Below are positions 20,598-30,367 of a DNA stretch of 64,000 bases, piece by piece. Made by a program: the position numbers and the translations under genes. Position 1 is the first letter of the stretch, and the number at the start of each line of letters is the position of its first letter. The notes below the pieces were generated by a model, which worked only from the letters and a program-made list of their open reading frames with translations, did not search any database and had not been told where the DNA came from. Source of the DNA: an uncultured Pelagibacteraceae bacterium (lineage in GTDB: Bacteria; Pseudomonadota; Alphaproteobacteria; Pelagibacterales; Pelagibacteraceae); NCBI GenBank assembly GCA_902618975.1, contig CACNCN010000002.1, positions 5,325-69,324 on the forward strand. The letters are read 5' to 3'.

Positions 20598-22295
20598 TTA
20601 GAATAGTCCCTCTGTTTCACCTTTTTTATTTATTTTAATTTTATCTGCAGCAGGTATTTTAGGTAAACCAGGCATTGTCATAATTGATCCACAAACCACA
20701 ACAATAAAATTTGCACCTGATGACAATCTAACTTCCCTTATTGGGATTTCATGATTTATGGGTGCACCTTTAAGTTTTGGATCCACAGAAAAACTATATT
20801 GTGTTTTTGCAATACATACTGGTAGTTTATTAAATCCATTTTTTTCAAATTCTTCAATTTGTCTTTTAACTTCCTCAGATGCGGTTACTTTATTAGATCT
20901 ATAAATTTCTTTTGCGATTTTTTCTATTTTTTTCCAAATAGGTAAATTTTCTTCATACAGATAATTAAATTTTTTAGTATTTGATTTGTTACAAATTTTT
21001 ATAACTTTTTTTGCAAGATCTTTTGCTCCCTTACCACCATCTGACCAGTGTTTGCTTACACTGACCTCAACTCCAATTTTTTTACTAAAATCTTTTATTA
21101 CTTGAATTTCTCGCTTTGTGTCTAAAATAAAATGATTTATAGCTATAATTGGTTGTAGACCAAATTTTTTTATATTCTCAATATGTCTTTCTAAATTTAC
21201 AATACCATTTTCCAAAGCTTTAATATTTTCTTTTTTAAGATGTTCTTTTTCTACTCCTCCATGCATTTTAAGTGCTCTAACTGTGGCAACAATAACTACG
21301 CAACTAGGTACAATTTTTGATTTTCTACATTTAATGTTTAAAAATTTCTCAGCGCCTAAATCTGCTCCAAAACCAGCTTCAGTCACAACATAATCAGATA
21401 ATTTAAGTGCAGTTTTAGTCGCAATTACAGAATTGCAACCATGAGCAATATTTGCAAAAGGTCCTCCATGAATTATAGCTGGGTTTTGCTCCAAAGTTTG
21501 AGTTACATTTGGTCTTAAAGCCTCTTTTAATAAAACTGTCATGGGACCCTGTGCATTTAAATCTTTAGCAAAAATTGGTCTGTTATCTTTTGTATAAGCT
21601 ATTGTTATATTAGCAATTCTATTTTCGAGATCCTCTAAGTTATTTGCTAAGCAAAATATTGCCATTACTTCTGATGCAACAGTAATATCAAATCCATCTT
21701 CACGTGGTAAATGTTTGGCAACACCTTTAGTATTAATGTCTATAAATCTTAATGCTCTATCGTTCATGTCCATTACCCTTTTCCAAACAATTCGTTTCTC
21801 ATTGATACCCAGTTTGTTACCCCAATAAATATGATTATCAATTAATGCAGACAAAAGATTATGAGCAGAGGTAATTGCATGAAAATCACCCGTGAAATGT
21901 AAATTTATCTGTTCCATTGGAACAACTTGTGAATATCCTCCTCCAGCAGCACCACCTTTCATTCCAAATGAGGGACCTAGGCTTGGTTCTCTCAAACATA
22001 CAATTGATTTTTTGCCGATTTTATTTAATCCATCAGATAACCCTACTGATGTAGTTGTTTTTCCTTCTCCTGCAGGAGTTGGAGAAATAGCAGTTACTAA
22101 AATTAATTTTCCATCTTTTTTTTTTTTTAATTTATTAATAAATTCAAAATTAATTTTCGCTATATGTCTACCCATTGGGCTAAATGCAAATGATTTATCA
22201 GGTACTTTTAGTTTTTTTAATATATTTTTAATTGGCTTGAGTTTCGCTTTTCTGGCTATTTCAATGTCAGATTTAAAATTTTTCATTTTTTTCAT
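20598..22295 (-). CDS. fhs: Formate-tetrahydrofolate ligase
   Basis: [45 protein letters not shown]. Confidence 0.97.
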   Translation of the reverse strand: MKKMKNFKSDIEIARKAKLKPIKNILKKLKVPDKSFAFSPMGRHIAKINFEFINKLKKKKDGKLILVTAISPTPAGEGKTTTSVGLSDGLNKIGKKSIVCLREPSLGPSFGMKGGAAGGGYSQVVPMEQINLHFTGDFHAITSAHNLLSALIDNHIYWGNKLGINEKRIVWKRVMDMNDRALRFIDINTKGVAKHLPREDGFDITVASEVMAIFCLANNLEDLENRIANITIAYTKDNRPIFAKDLNAQGPMTVLLKEALRPNVTQTLEQNPAIIHGGPFANIAHGCNSVIATKTALKLSDYVVTEAGFGADLGAEKFLNIKCRKSKIVPSCVVIVATVRALKMHGGVEKEHLKKENIKALENGIVNLERHIENIKKFGLQPIIAINHFILDTKREIQVIKDFSKKIGVEVSVSKHWSDGGKGAKDLAKKVIKICNKSNTKKFNYLYEENLPIWKKIEKIAKEIYRSNKVTASEEVKRQIEEFEKNGFNKLPVCIAKTQYSFSVDPKLKGAPINHEIPIREVRLSSGANFIVVVCGSIMTMPGLPKIPAADKIKINKKGETEGLF

Positions 22296-22386
22296 ATTTT
22301 TAGAGACATTTAATTATACTTTATTCTTTCAATTTTAAAGAAATAATTTAAATTATATCTTTTTAATTTCTAAAGAAATTTCAAAT

Positions 22387-23496
22387 ATGAAAAAAAATTT
22401 CCGGTTTTTCGATAATAGACAAAAATATTTATTGTTTGTAACAACAACAAATGAAAAAAATAGAATTGCAGATAATCTTAAGCCTATAATTCAAAGTGTA
22501 AAACCTAAATTTCCAGCTTTAAAATTATTTGATGCTGGAATGGGTGATGGATCATTATTAATGAGCGTAATGAGACAGTGCCATCAGAAAATGCCCAATA
22601 TACCTCTTCTTGTTTCAACAAAAGAAATAAGCATGGAAGATGTGAGACTAGGATTGGAGAAATTGCCTGACAGATTTGTTGAGCATAAAAACACTGTATT
22701 TGTAATATCAAACTTAAATTATGTTGAGTCAACTAATCTTAAGTCAAATAATAAGTCTAAACAAAAGAAGATGAATTGGAAAGTAGTAAAACTCACTGGT
22801 AGCTCGTCTTTAGACTTTTCTTCACAACTTAGAAAATTAAATCGGGAGTTCCTAGCAAAAAAATGGCAGGTAGAAAGAAATCCAAAAACTGGTAATCCAA
22901 CTTACAAAGAGCCATCTGTAATAGTAATTTATAGAAAAGACCAAGAATTTATGCTTAAAGATGTAATTCCAAAAAAAAATAATGGAAAAAGCTTTTACGA
23001 CATAATTATAGCTTCTCAACCTTACAGATCTAGAGTGACAGCTGAAAAAAAAGTTAAATTTGTAATTGAGCCCATGATCAAATCTTTGGAAAAAAACGGA
23101 AAATTAGTCGTTGTACATGCTTGCGGAGGGGATCCTGCAAATAAAATTATTAAAAAAGTTTGGCCGAAAGAGAATCCTTTTCCATCTCTCTACCCGTCAA
23201 TAGTCAAGTATATTAAATCAAATTTAGATAAAGAAATTTTAAAAGAAATTAAGTTTCATAAATCTACAAAATTCAAATACATGTTAAGAGCATTGCCAAA
23301 TGAAGTTTCTGGAGGCATTGCTACTTCTGTAATTTTTTCTGCATGGAATGCTGCCGTTTATGTAAACCAAATAACAGATGAGCAAATATTCAAAGCGGAA
23401 AAATCCAAAAATTATCAAAGCATAGTTCAAAAAATTGTTAACAAATATAAAGGACTGTATTTTAACAACGAGTTATTTGTAATCCAAAGAAAATAG
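22387..23496 (+). CDS. Conserved hypothetical protein with SAM-binding-like motif
   Basis: LFDAGMGDG resembles class I methyltransferase motif I; DIIIASQPY resembles motif IV. Confidence 0.7.
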   Translation: MKKNFRFFDNRQKYLLFVTTTNEKNRIADNLKPIIQSVKPKFPALKLFDAGMGDGSLLMSVMRQCHQKMPNIPLLVSTKEISMEDVRLGLEKLPDRFVEHKNTVFVISNLNYVESTNLKSNNKSKQKKMNWKVVKLTGSSSLDFSSQLRKLNREFLAKKWQVERNPKTGNPTYKEPSVIVIYRKDQEFMLKDVIPKKNNGKSFYDIIIASQPYRSRVTAEKKVKFVIEPMIKSLEKNGKLVVVHACGGDPANKIIKKVWPKENPFPSLYPSIVKYIKSNLDKEILKEIKFHKSTKFKYMLRALPNEVSGGIATSVIFSAWNAAVYVNQITDEQIFKAEKSKNYQSIVQKIVNKYKGLYFNNELFVIQRK

Positions 23497-23560
23497 TCCA
23501 AAATGGTTGTTAATTAAGTTTCCATCTTGAGTTGTGTATAATAATTAGTAAAATTACTGA

Positions 23561-23863
23561 GTGAATAAAAATAAATCATTAATAATCTTATTAATTACTT
23601 TTTTTTTAAATGGGTGTGTTCAATCATCGGCAATGCTTGGTCCAGCAATTACATTGGTATCCACAGGGAACATTGCACAAGCAAGCCTTAGCTTTAGTGC
23701 AAATAAAGCTGTTGAGGAGGAAACTGGTATGAGCACAACAGAATTTATCTCACAAAAATTAAATAATGAAAATAATTTAGTTTCTGAAGAATTTGAAAAA
23801 GATTTTCTTGATCTACTAGAGGCTAATATAAATAAAACCAGAAATATAATTTCAGAAGACTAA
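23561..23863 (+). CDS. Small putative lipoprotein
   Basis: Lipobox-like FLNGC after a hydrophobic N-terminus; GTG start. Confidence 0.65.
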   Translation: MNKNKSLIILLITFFLNGCVQSSAMLGPAITLVSTGNIAQASLSFSANKAVEEETGMSTTEFISQKLNNENNLVSEEFEKDFLDLLEANINKTRNIISED

Positions 23864-23870
23864 ATCAAAT

Positions 23871-24341
23871 TTATAAATATTTATTATAATATTTTGAATT
23901 AGGATCATCAGTATAATGAGCAAATGGCTTACATGGATTAAAACCTGAAGACAAAAATAACTTTCTAGCGGGCAAAAAAAATTCACCTGAACCAGTTTCA
24001 ACACTTATTTTTATAATATTTAATTTTTTTGCCTCTTTAAATAATTCATTAAGTAATTTTTTTCCGTAACCAGTATTTTGATATTCTTTTGAAATTCTAA
24101 TTGATTTAAATTCACCATGTGTTTTATCAATCAATTTAAGAGCACCACAACCAATCAGATTATTTTTATCCCAGAAACTCCAAAATTTAATACTCGGCGA
24201 TTTCAATCCGTCAATATCCAAAACATGCGTACTACCTTCAGGCGAAACAGATCTTAATTCAATAAAATGTCTTGATAATAGTTCGTGTACTTCTTTATTA
24301 TCAAAATTGTTGGGTTTTAATTCCATATTTTTGTAAATCAT
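23871..24341 (-). CDS. GNAT acetyltransferase (YedL-like)
   Basis: SPEGSTHVLD, GCGALK, GEFKS, ETGSG, PF..Y..DPNS motifs. Confidence 0.85.
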   Translation of the reverse strand: MIYKNMELKPNNFDNKEVHELLSRHFIELRSVSPEGSTHVLDIDGLKSPSIKFWSFWDKNNLIGCGALKLIDKTHGEFKSIRISKEYQNTGYGKKLLNELFKEAKKLNIIKISVETGSGEFFLPARKLFLSSGFNPCKPFAHYTDDPNSKYYNKYL

Positions 24342-24374
24342 ATAATCTAATGATTAATTTTATAAAGAAAAAAA

Positions 24375-24998
24375 ATGTGTGGAAGATATGTTATAACAAG
24401 TCCAGTGTCAAAATCATTAAATCTTGTTAAAAAATCTATAAATGTCAAAGATATTGATAATTATAATGCTCATCCGCAACAAATTTTACCAGTAATAAAA
24501 AAATATATTAATGGAAATACATTAGAAAATAAAAAATGGGGCATCGTACCGTCTTGGGCGAAGAATAAAGATTTTAAACCTTTAATAAATGCTAGACTAG
24601 AAACTATTAATGAAAAAATATCATTTAAAAAGTTAATAAAAACAAAAAGATGTATTGCAATAGCAGATGGATTTTATGAATGGAAAAGAGACCAGAAAGA
24701 AAAAATACCTTTTTATATTTATAGATCAGATAAAAAAAATATTTATTTCGCAGCAATTTATGATGAAGATCAATTTTGTTTAATTACAGAAAAAGCATCT
24801 TCAAAAATATTACCTATACATCATCGCCAACCGGTGATTTTATATGAAAAAGATGTAAGCAGTTATTTAAACTTAGAATTTGATGGATCAAATTTTTTGA
24901 AAGACTGCAATAAACCCAATCTAGATTTTCATGAAATTTCAAAAAATGTTAACAAACCAACAAATAATGATGTATCTTTAATTCAAAAAATTAATTGA
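24375..24998 (+). CDS. SOS response-associated peptidase (SRAP/YedK, abasic-site protection)
   Basis: N-terminal MCGRY, INARLET, GFYEW, IHHRQP. Confidence 0.9.
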   Translation: MCGRYVITSPVSKSLNLVKKSINVKDIDNYNAHPQQILPVIKKYINGNTLENKKWGIVPSWAKNKDFKPLINARLETINEKISFKKLIKTKRCIAIADGFYEWKRDQKEKIPFYIYRSDKKNIYFAAIYDEDQFCLITEKASSKILPIHHRQPVILYEKDVSSYLNLEFDGSNFLKDCNKPNLDFHEISKNVNKPTNNDVSLIQKIN

Positions 24999-26040
24999 CC
25001 AAAATGGTCAAATGACCCATTTTTCTTTTTTCCTTTATTTCTTGTTTCATGTAATCATAAAAAAACTCACCGTCATTTAGCTTTTTATTTCTATAAATTT
25101 TAATATCATTTCCAATAAGATTTATCATCTTCGCATTACTTAATTTTTTTAATTTTATCCTCTCTAGATTACAAATAGATCTTACATGATTTTCAAATTG
25201 ACTTACGTTGTATGCATTGATTGTAAGATGTCCTGAATTGTGGACTCTTGGAGCGATTTCATTAACATAAAGATTATCATTTTGATCGATAAAATACTCA
25301 ACACACATAGTCCCGATATATCCAAGCTCCTCTGCTATTGTACCTGCCCAATCAATTGCCTTTTGTGATAAATCTTCACTTATATCAGCTGGAATTTTCG
25401 AATTTTTAAGGATTTGATCTTCGTGCAAGTTTTCGATAGGTTCATAAATTTCGTATTGTTGATGACCATATCTTGTAATTATTACTGAAACTTCTTTTTT
25501 TAAATTCACCATTTTTTCTAAAATGTAGTCAATTTTGAAATCAATATTTAATCTATCTATATCTTCTACAGAATTAATTTTATGTTGACCCCTTCCATCG
25601 TAACCCATAGTACAAGTTTTTAGGATTCCAGGTATTAAATTTGAACTATACTTTAATTGTTCTTTGTCTTTTATTTGATCGTAAATAGTAGTTCTAATAT
25701 TACATTTATTTATAAAATCTTTTTCATACATTCTATTTTGAACTATTCTATTAATTTTTGGAGATGGGTTAACTTTTTTATTGTTATTTAAATAATTTAA
25801 TGTTTCAAAAGGTATATTTTCAAATTCATAAGTAATCACATCAACTTTTTCTAAAAATAAATTTAAAATAGCTTTATCCTCATATCCACCATAAATAAAT
25901 TCGTCGCAAAATATTTTTCCTGGTGCATTTTTGTCATCACATAGAATTACTGTTTTAATTCGAAGTTTTTTTGCAGCTGTGGCAATCAAGCTACCTAATT
26001 GACCTCCACCAACGATACCTAGAGATATTATACTCATCAA
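24991..26040 (-). CDS. purK: N5-carboxyaminoimidazole ribonucleotide synthase
   Basis: GGGQLG, YEFEN, GYDGRGQ, NEIAPRVHNSGH, SQFENH, RKMGH. Confidence 0.96.
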   Translation of the reverse strand: MMSIISLGIVGGGQLGSLIATAAKKLRIKTVILCDDKNAPGKIFCDEFIYGGYEDKAILNLFLEKVDVITYEFENIPFETLNYLNNNKKVNPSPKINRIVQNRMYEKDFINKCNIRTTIYDQIKDKEQLKYSSNLIPGILKTCTMGYDGRGQHKINSVEDIDRLNIDFKIDYILEKMVNLKKEVSVIITRYGHQQYEIYEPIENLHEDQILKNSKIPADISEDLSQKAIDWAGTIAEELGYIGTMCVEYFIDQNDNLYVNEIAPRVHNSGHLTINAYNVSQFENHVRSICNLERIKLKKLSNAKMINLIGNDIKIYRNKKLNDGEFFYDYMKQEIKEKRKMGHLTILVN

Positions 26041-26516
26041 AGTGGTTTTTTCTTAACTGACTTAGTTTGATTATTTCTCCATTTAATTAAATTTTTTTTA
26101 ACATCAGTACTAGTTATTGATAAAATGGATGCTGCCAATAATCCAGAATTGATCGCGCCATCTTTTCCTATGGCCACAGTAGCTACAGGAATACCCTTTG
26201 GCATTTGTGCAATGGATAATAAACTATCCAAACCTTTTAGTTTTTTACTTTCTATTGGAACACCAATGACAGGTATATGGGTGATAGCCGCTATCATGCC
26301 CGGAAGATGAGCAGATCCCCCAGCACCAGCTATTATTAAAGAAATATTTTTTTTTTCAGCTGTTTTGGCGAACTCAAACATCCTTTTTGGTGTCCTATGA
26401 GCAGATATAATTTGAGTTTCAAATTTAATTTTTAGTTGAGTTAATACTTTAGAGGCATATCTCATTGTCGAAAAATCAGACTGACTGCCCATGACTATTG
26501 AAACCTTTTTTTTCAT
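26037..26516 (-). CDS. purE: N5-CAIR mutase
   Basis: MGSQSD, SAHRTP, AGAGGSAHLPGM, QMPKGIPVATV. Confidence 0.97.
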   Translation of the reverse strand: MKKKVSIVMGSQSDFSTMRYASKVLTQLKIKFETQIISAHRTPKRMFEFAKTAEKKNISLIIAGAGGSAHLPGMIAAITHIPVIGVPIESKKLKGLDSLLSIAQMPKGIPVATVAIGKDGAINSGLLAASILSITSTDVKKNLIKWRNNQTKSVKKKPL

Positions 26517-26555
26517 AATTTAATATTATAATAGTTTATAAATAAATATAATAAA

Positions 26556-26723
26556 ATGAATAAATCAGATAAAGTAATTATTAGTGAATATCAAGAAAAT
26601 GAAATTAATAAGATTTGTGAAAATTGCAAAAATGAAGATCAATCTGTTGTAAATAATTTTATTTTAACAGGCTTTAAATACTGTGAGTCTTGTAGAATTT
26701 CAAAAACAATTTTTCCCATCTAA
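26556..26723 (+). CDS. Small 55-aa protein with two CxxC motifs (not in ORF track)
   Basis: Manual translation MNKSDKVIISEYQENEINKICENCKNEDQSVVNNFILTGFKYCESCRISKTIFPI*; fills the purE-YIP1 gap and its stop overlaps the convergent gene's stop. Confidence 0.65.
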   Translation: MNKSDKVIISEYQENEINKICENCKNEDQSVVNNFILTGFKYCESCRISKTIFPI

Positions 26724-27271
26724 ACAGGATTAGATACTGGCAAGGTATTCATTTTACTCATAACAAATGTGACCGACAAAAATACAATAATTAAAAAAGA
26801 TAAAAATATAATACCAAATGATTTGAAATTAGATTTTAAATTTAAGACTTGTTTTGTTGCTATAATTAAAGACGCAAATATCCAAAATTGAGTTAAAAAT
26901 ATTACTGGTATTACTAGTTCAGGTGTTACTGCAAAAAATCTAACTAATCCTGGTGCATGAGCATACCCCACAGAAATTAAAATTCTTTTAAATGTTATTT
27001 TACTTTCTTTATCTGGAAATATTTTTACTCCAATTACGTAAATTAATACTGCCCATATGAACCATGTTAAAATAGCAGTCAATCCTGATAAACCAACAGA
27101 TGTTTTTATAATTGTATTAGCAGCGACTGCACCCGCAACACCATCTAGTATCATTATTAAACCAGCAAAGTATATTGCAGCTTCTCCAAAATATTTATTT
27201 TCTTTATAAAGTGACCTGTCTAATTTTAAAGATTTAAAAAAAATATTTAAAAACTCAGCAAGCATATACAA
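26720..27271 (-). CDS. YIP1-like multi-pass membrane protein
   Basis: About 5 TM segments, 'GYAHAPG' pattern. Confidence 0.6.
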   Translation of the reverse strand: MYMLAEFLNIFFKSLKLDRSLYKENKYFGEAAIYFAGLIMILDGVAGAVAANTIIKTSVGLSGLTAILTWFIWAVLIYVIGVKIFPDKESKITFKRILISVGYAHAPGLVRFFAVTPELVIPVIFLTQFWIFASLIIATKQVLNLKSNFKSFGIIFLSFLIIVFLSVTFVMSKMNTLPVSNPV

Positions 27272-27283
27272 ATTGAAAGCTTT

Positions 27284-28642
27284 TTAACCTTTAACTACTT
27301 CTCTGGTATTAGCGTTGTAAGATTCTGTGAAAGGAATATCTACAACTACAGCATCAACTGGTTTACCTGGTTTATCTGCATATTTTTCTGGTAAATGTAC
27401 TTTGTACTTAGATCCAGGGTTCCCTTTAGGAAAACCATTCGCATTTAATGTTCCATCATACGGAACATATCCCATAGCTATGTTAACTTTTTTTTCAGGA
27501 TGATACCAAGGTGATGTTACAAACCCTATTGGCTCACCTCCACCTTCGTCAGATATTAACCAAAAATCTGGCGCATATTCTTCTATTGGTTTTCCTCCTA
27601 GCTCCATGCCTACTAACTGAAGTTTGTAAGGTTTTTTTCCAGCTCTTAGATCATCTCTCATTTGCTCTAAAACTTTTTTACCTACATAGTCAGTTTTTTT
27701 GTTCCACTCTCCTTTACCAGAAAGAGAAACTTGATATCCTAGATTACATTGAAAAGGGTTGTGTTGGTAATCCATATCCTGGCCCCATGATAAAATCCCA
27801 GCTTGGATTCTTCTGTGGTGCGCTGGAGCAATAACCATCAAGTTGTGTTTTTTGCCTGCATCTAAAACAGCATTCCACATATCTTCTGCGTATAAAGTAG
27901 ACTCTCTTAAATAAATTTCATAACCAGCTTCGCCAGAAAATCCAGATTGTGATATTACACAACTTCTTCCACCAACTTTTGCCTCTGCTAAACCATAAAA
28001 GGGCATATCATCAAAATTTACATGATCTCCACATAAGTCTTGCATTAATAATTTTGATTTTGGGCCTTGGATTTGAACTGGTGAAACATCTATTTCCTCA
28101 ATTTCACAATTAAATCTGTTATCACAATTTACTCCTTGTAAATATAACGAGATATCACTATCCGATAAACTAAACCAAAACTCATCTTTTGATATTCTTA
28201 GTAAAATTGGATCGTTTAAAACACCACCATATGCATTGCAAAGAATTACATATCTTGCTCTCATTGGAGAAATCTTGGTCGCATCTCTTGTGATTACATA
28301 ATCTACAAATTTTTCTGCATCTGGGCCTTTTACTCTGATTTGCCTTTCTACTGCTACATTCCACATCGTTACATGATTTTTAATAGCATCATATTCAACC
28401 ATTGCACCACCATCTTGTGGTTTTACATATCCCCTTGGATGATAAATTCTGTTATATACTGTCGCTCTCCAACATCCTGCTTGCATTGACAAATGCCAAT
28501 AAGGTGATTTTCTCACTCTTGTTGATATTAGCATTTCTACTTTTGTTGGTCCGCTTTGCCTTAAATTATAAGGTACTTTTCGATCTGACTGATCTACTGA
28601 TGTTATGTGCCTTACTTTGCTATAATCAAACTCTTTAGACAT
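27284..28642 (-). CDS. GcvT/DmdA-family THF-dependent aminomethyltransferase/demethylase
   Basis: RKSPY, VYN, WNVAVERQI, GGVLNDP, QIQGPKS, SGFSGEAGYEIY. Confidence 0.85.
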   Translation of the reverse strand: MSKEFDYSKVRHITSVDQSDRKVPYNLRQSGPTKVEMLISTRVRKSPYWHLSMQAGCWRATVYNRIYHPRGYVKPQDGGAMVEYDAIKNHVTMWNVAVERQIRVKGPDAEKFVDYVITRDATKISPMRARYVILCNAYGGVLNDPILLRISKDEFWFSLSDSDISLYLQGVNCDNRFNCEIEEIDVSPVQIQGPKSKLLMQDLCGDHVNFDDMPFYGLAEAKVGGRSCVISQSGFSGEAGYEIYLRESTLYAEDMWNAVLDAGKKHNLMVIAPAHHRRIQAGILSWGQDMDYQHNPFQCNLGYQVSLSGKGEWNKKTDYVGKKVLEQMRDDLRAGKKPYKLQLVGMELGGKPIEEYAPDFWLISDEGGGEPIGFVTSPWYHPEKKVNIAMGYVPYDGTLNANGFPKGNPGSKYKVHLPEKYADKPGKPVDAVVVDIPFTESYNANTREVVKG

Positions 28643-29363
28643 AATTATTCTCCATCAACCATTTGTTTGTTTCTTTAAGTCCTCCAAAAGTATAAATATG
28701 AAAGTGATCTGTATGATCTTTTAATTTTCCAATTATATCGTTAGGGTCCTTAGGTCTCATTAAATCTAAAGCCTTACTAAAATTAGATTTAAGGAAGTTT
28801 ATGGAATTTTTTGCTCCCACGATATTAGCAAACTTTATCAAGCTTGTAATTTTTAGTGGCCCAGTAATTCCCACATGAACTGGTACTGACTGCTTAGAAA
28901 TAAAATCTATAATTGGCTGTGGATCCATCAACCATTGTGTAACAATATAATCAGCATAAGGCTTTTTATCTTGCATAGCTTTTTCTAATTCTGAATCGGA
29001 TATATCAGGACTCCCCTCTGGATGTCCAGCAATTCCTATCTTTAATCCATCAAAAAAACCTGTCTCTAGAAGTTGAATTGAACTTTCAAATTTACCAACA
29101 GGTTCTCTACTTCCGCCTATAACGAGGCATTGTTTTACCCCTAGGTCCTTACACATATCAACATACTCTTTAAGATGATTATCATTTTCAATAGATCGAG
29201 CTGGTATATGGGGTATTGGGTTACAACCTTTTTTTACTAACTCTCCAGCTTGATTGGCTGTTTCTTTATGATCACCACCAGGTAGAAATGTTATATAAAC
29301 ATCTTTTAATTCTGGCAATGTATCAATATCTGTCTTAGGTCCAATTTCTAAAGAAAAGTTCAT
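28635..29363 (-). CDS. metF: Methylenetetrahydrofolate reductase (short form)
   Basis: SLE, PHIPAR, AGHPEG, IVTQW, HIYTFGG. Confidence 0.75.
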   Translation of the reverse strand: MNFSLEIGPKTDIDTLPELKDVYITFLPGGDHKETANQAGELVKKGCNPIPHIPARSIENDNHLKEYVDMCKDLGVKQCLVIGGSREPVGKFESSIQLLETGFFDGLKIGIAGHPEGSPDISDSELEKAMQDKKPYADYIVTQWLMDPQPIIDFISKQSVPVHVGITGPLKITSLIKFANIVGAKNSINFLKSNFSKALDLMRPKDPNDIIGKLKDHTDHFHIYTFGGLKETNKWLMENNYV

Positions 29364-29430
29364 TAATCAATTCTTATTTATTTTATAAAGCCTGTCTATA
29401 AAAATCGTTTGGTGTGGGAATATGTTAATC

Positions 29431-30312
29431 CTATTTTTTTTGTCCTCTGTGCTTTTGTATTCTCTGCCCATACTGCTGAGTTACCCGGTCAAAAATAATT
29501 GCCAAAGCTACAATTGCAAGACCATTCATAAGGCCAGAGGCTAAATATTGGTTAGAAATTGCTTGTAATATGGGTATGCCTAATCCTTTAACTCCTATCA
29601 TGGAAGCAATTACAACCATTGCTAAAGCCATCATTATAGTTTGATTAACTCCTGCAAAAATAGTAGGCAAGGACAAAGGAATTTGAACTGTCCTAAGCTT
29701 TTGCATCGTGGTAGCACCAAAAGCCTCGCTAGCTTCTAATGTTTCCTTATCTACTTCTCTAATACCCAAATTTGTTAATCTTACTATTGGTGGCAAGGCA
29801 TAAACACAAACAGCGAGCAGCCCAGGGACCTTTCCAATACCAAGAAGCATTATAATTGGTATTAAATATACAAAGCTGGGAATTGTCTGCATCATGTCCA
29901 AAATGGGTAAAATTGCTTTTTCTGTTCTATTAGATTTAGACATTAGAATGCCAATTGGAATTCCAATAGCAACACAAACTAAAGTAGCTACAGAAATTAT
30001 AGCAACGGTTGCCATGCAGTTTTTCCACATTCCAAAGTAACCTATTATTAAAAAGCTGATAACTGTTCCTAAAGCAAGTTTATAACTTCTAGAACCAACC
30101 CAAGCTAAAAATCCAAAAGCAAAAATTACTATTGGCCACGGAGCACCAACTAGTAATTTTTCTAGCCAAATTAAAAACGATAATAATGGATCAAAAAAAC
30201 TTTCTATACCATCGCCGTATTCTCTAGAAAACTCCTTAAAATTTTGATCAATTCCCTTTTTTAAATCCCGAAGTGATTGCCTGTCCATTACAGGAATTTT
30301 ATTGAAATCCAT
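29431..30312 (-). CDS. Glycine betaine/proline-type ABC permease (ProW-like)
   Basis: LDMMQTIPSFVYLIP, GVNQTIMMALAMVVIASMIG, DR motifs. Confidence 0.9.
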   Translation of the reverse strand: MDFNKIPVMDRQSLRDLKKGIDQNFKEFSREYGDGIESFFDPLLSFLIWLEKLLVGAPWPIVIFAFGFLAWVGSRSYKLALGTVISFLIIGYFGMWKNCMATVAIISVATLVCVAIGIPIGILMSKSNRTEKAILPILDMMQTIPSFVYLIPIIMLLGIGKVPGLLAVCVYALPPIVRLTNLGIREVDKETLEASEAFGATTMQKLRTVQIPLSLPTIFAGVNQTIMMALAMVVIASMIGVKGLGIPILQAISNQYLASGLMNGLAIVALAIIFDRVTQQYGQRIQKHRGQKK

Positions 30313-30328
30313 TTTTAAATGATACTAC

Positions 30329-30356
30329 AAACGAGCCTGTATTAACAGGCTCGTTT
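30329..30356. terminator. Stem-loop between SBP and permease genes (terminator or mRNA stabiliser)
   Basis: Perfect 12-bp inverted repeat aaacgagcctgt-atta-acaggctcgttt. Confidence 0.75.
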
Positions 30357-30367
30357 AAATTTATTTT

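Noticed and set aside
27284-28642. Calling this gene dmdA or gcvT
   Set aside because: It is longer than either, has a divergent WNV motif and has no gcvH/gcvP neighbours
29364-29430. Possible SAM riboswitch upstream of metF
   Set aside because: The 67-bp spacer shows no SAM-II/SAM-V consensus or convincing pairing by eye; an Infernal/Rfam scan would settle it
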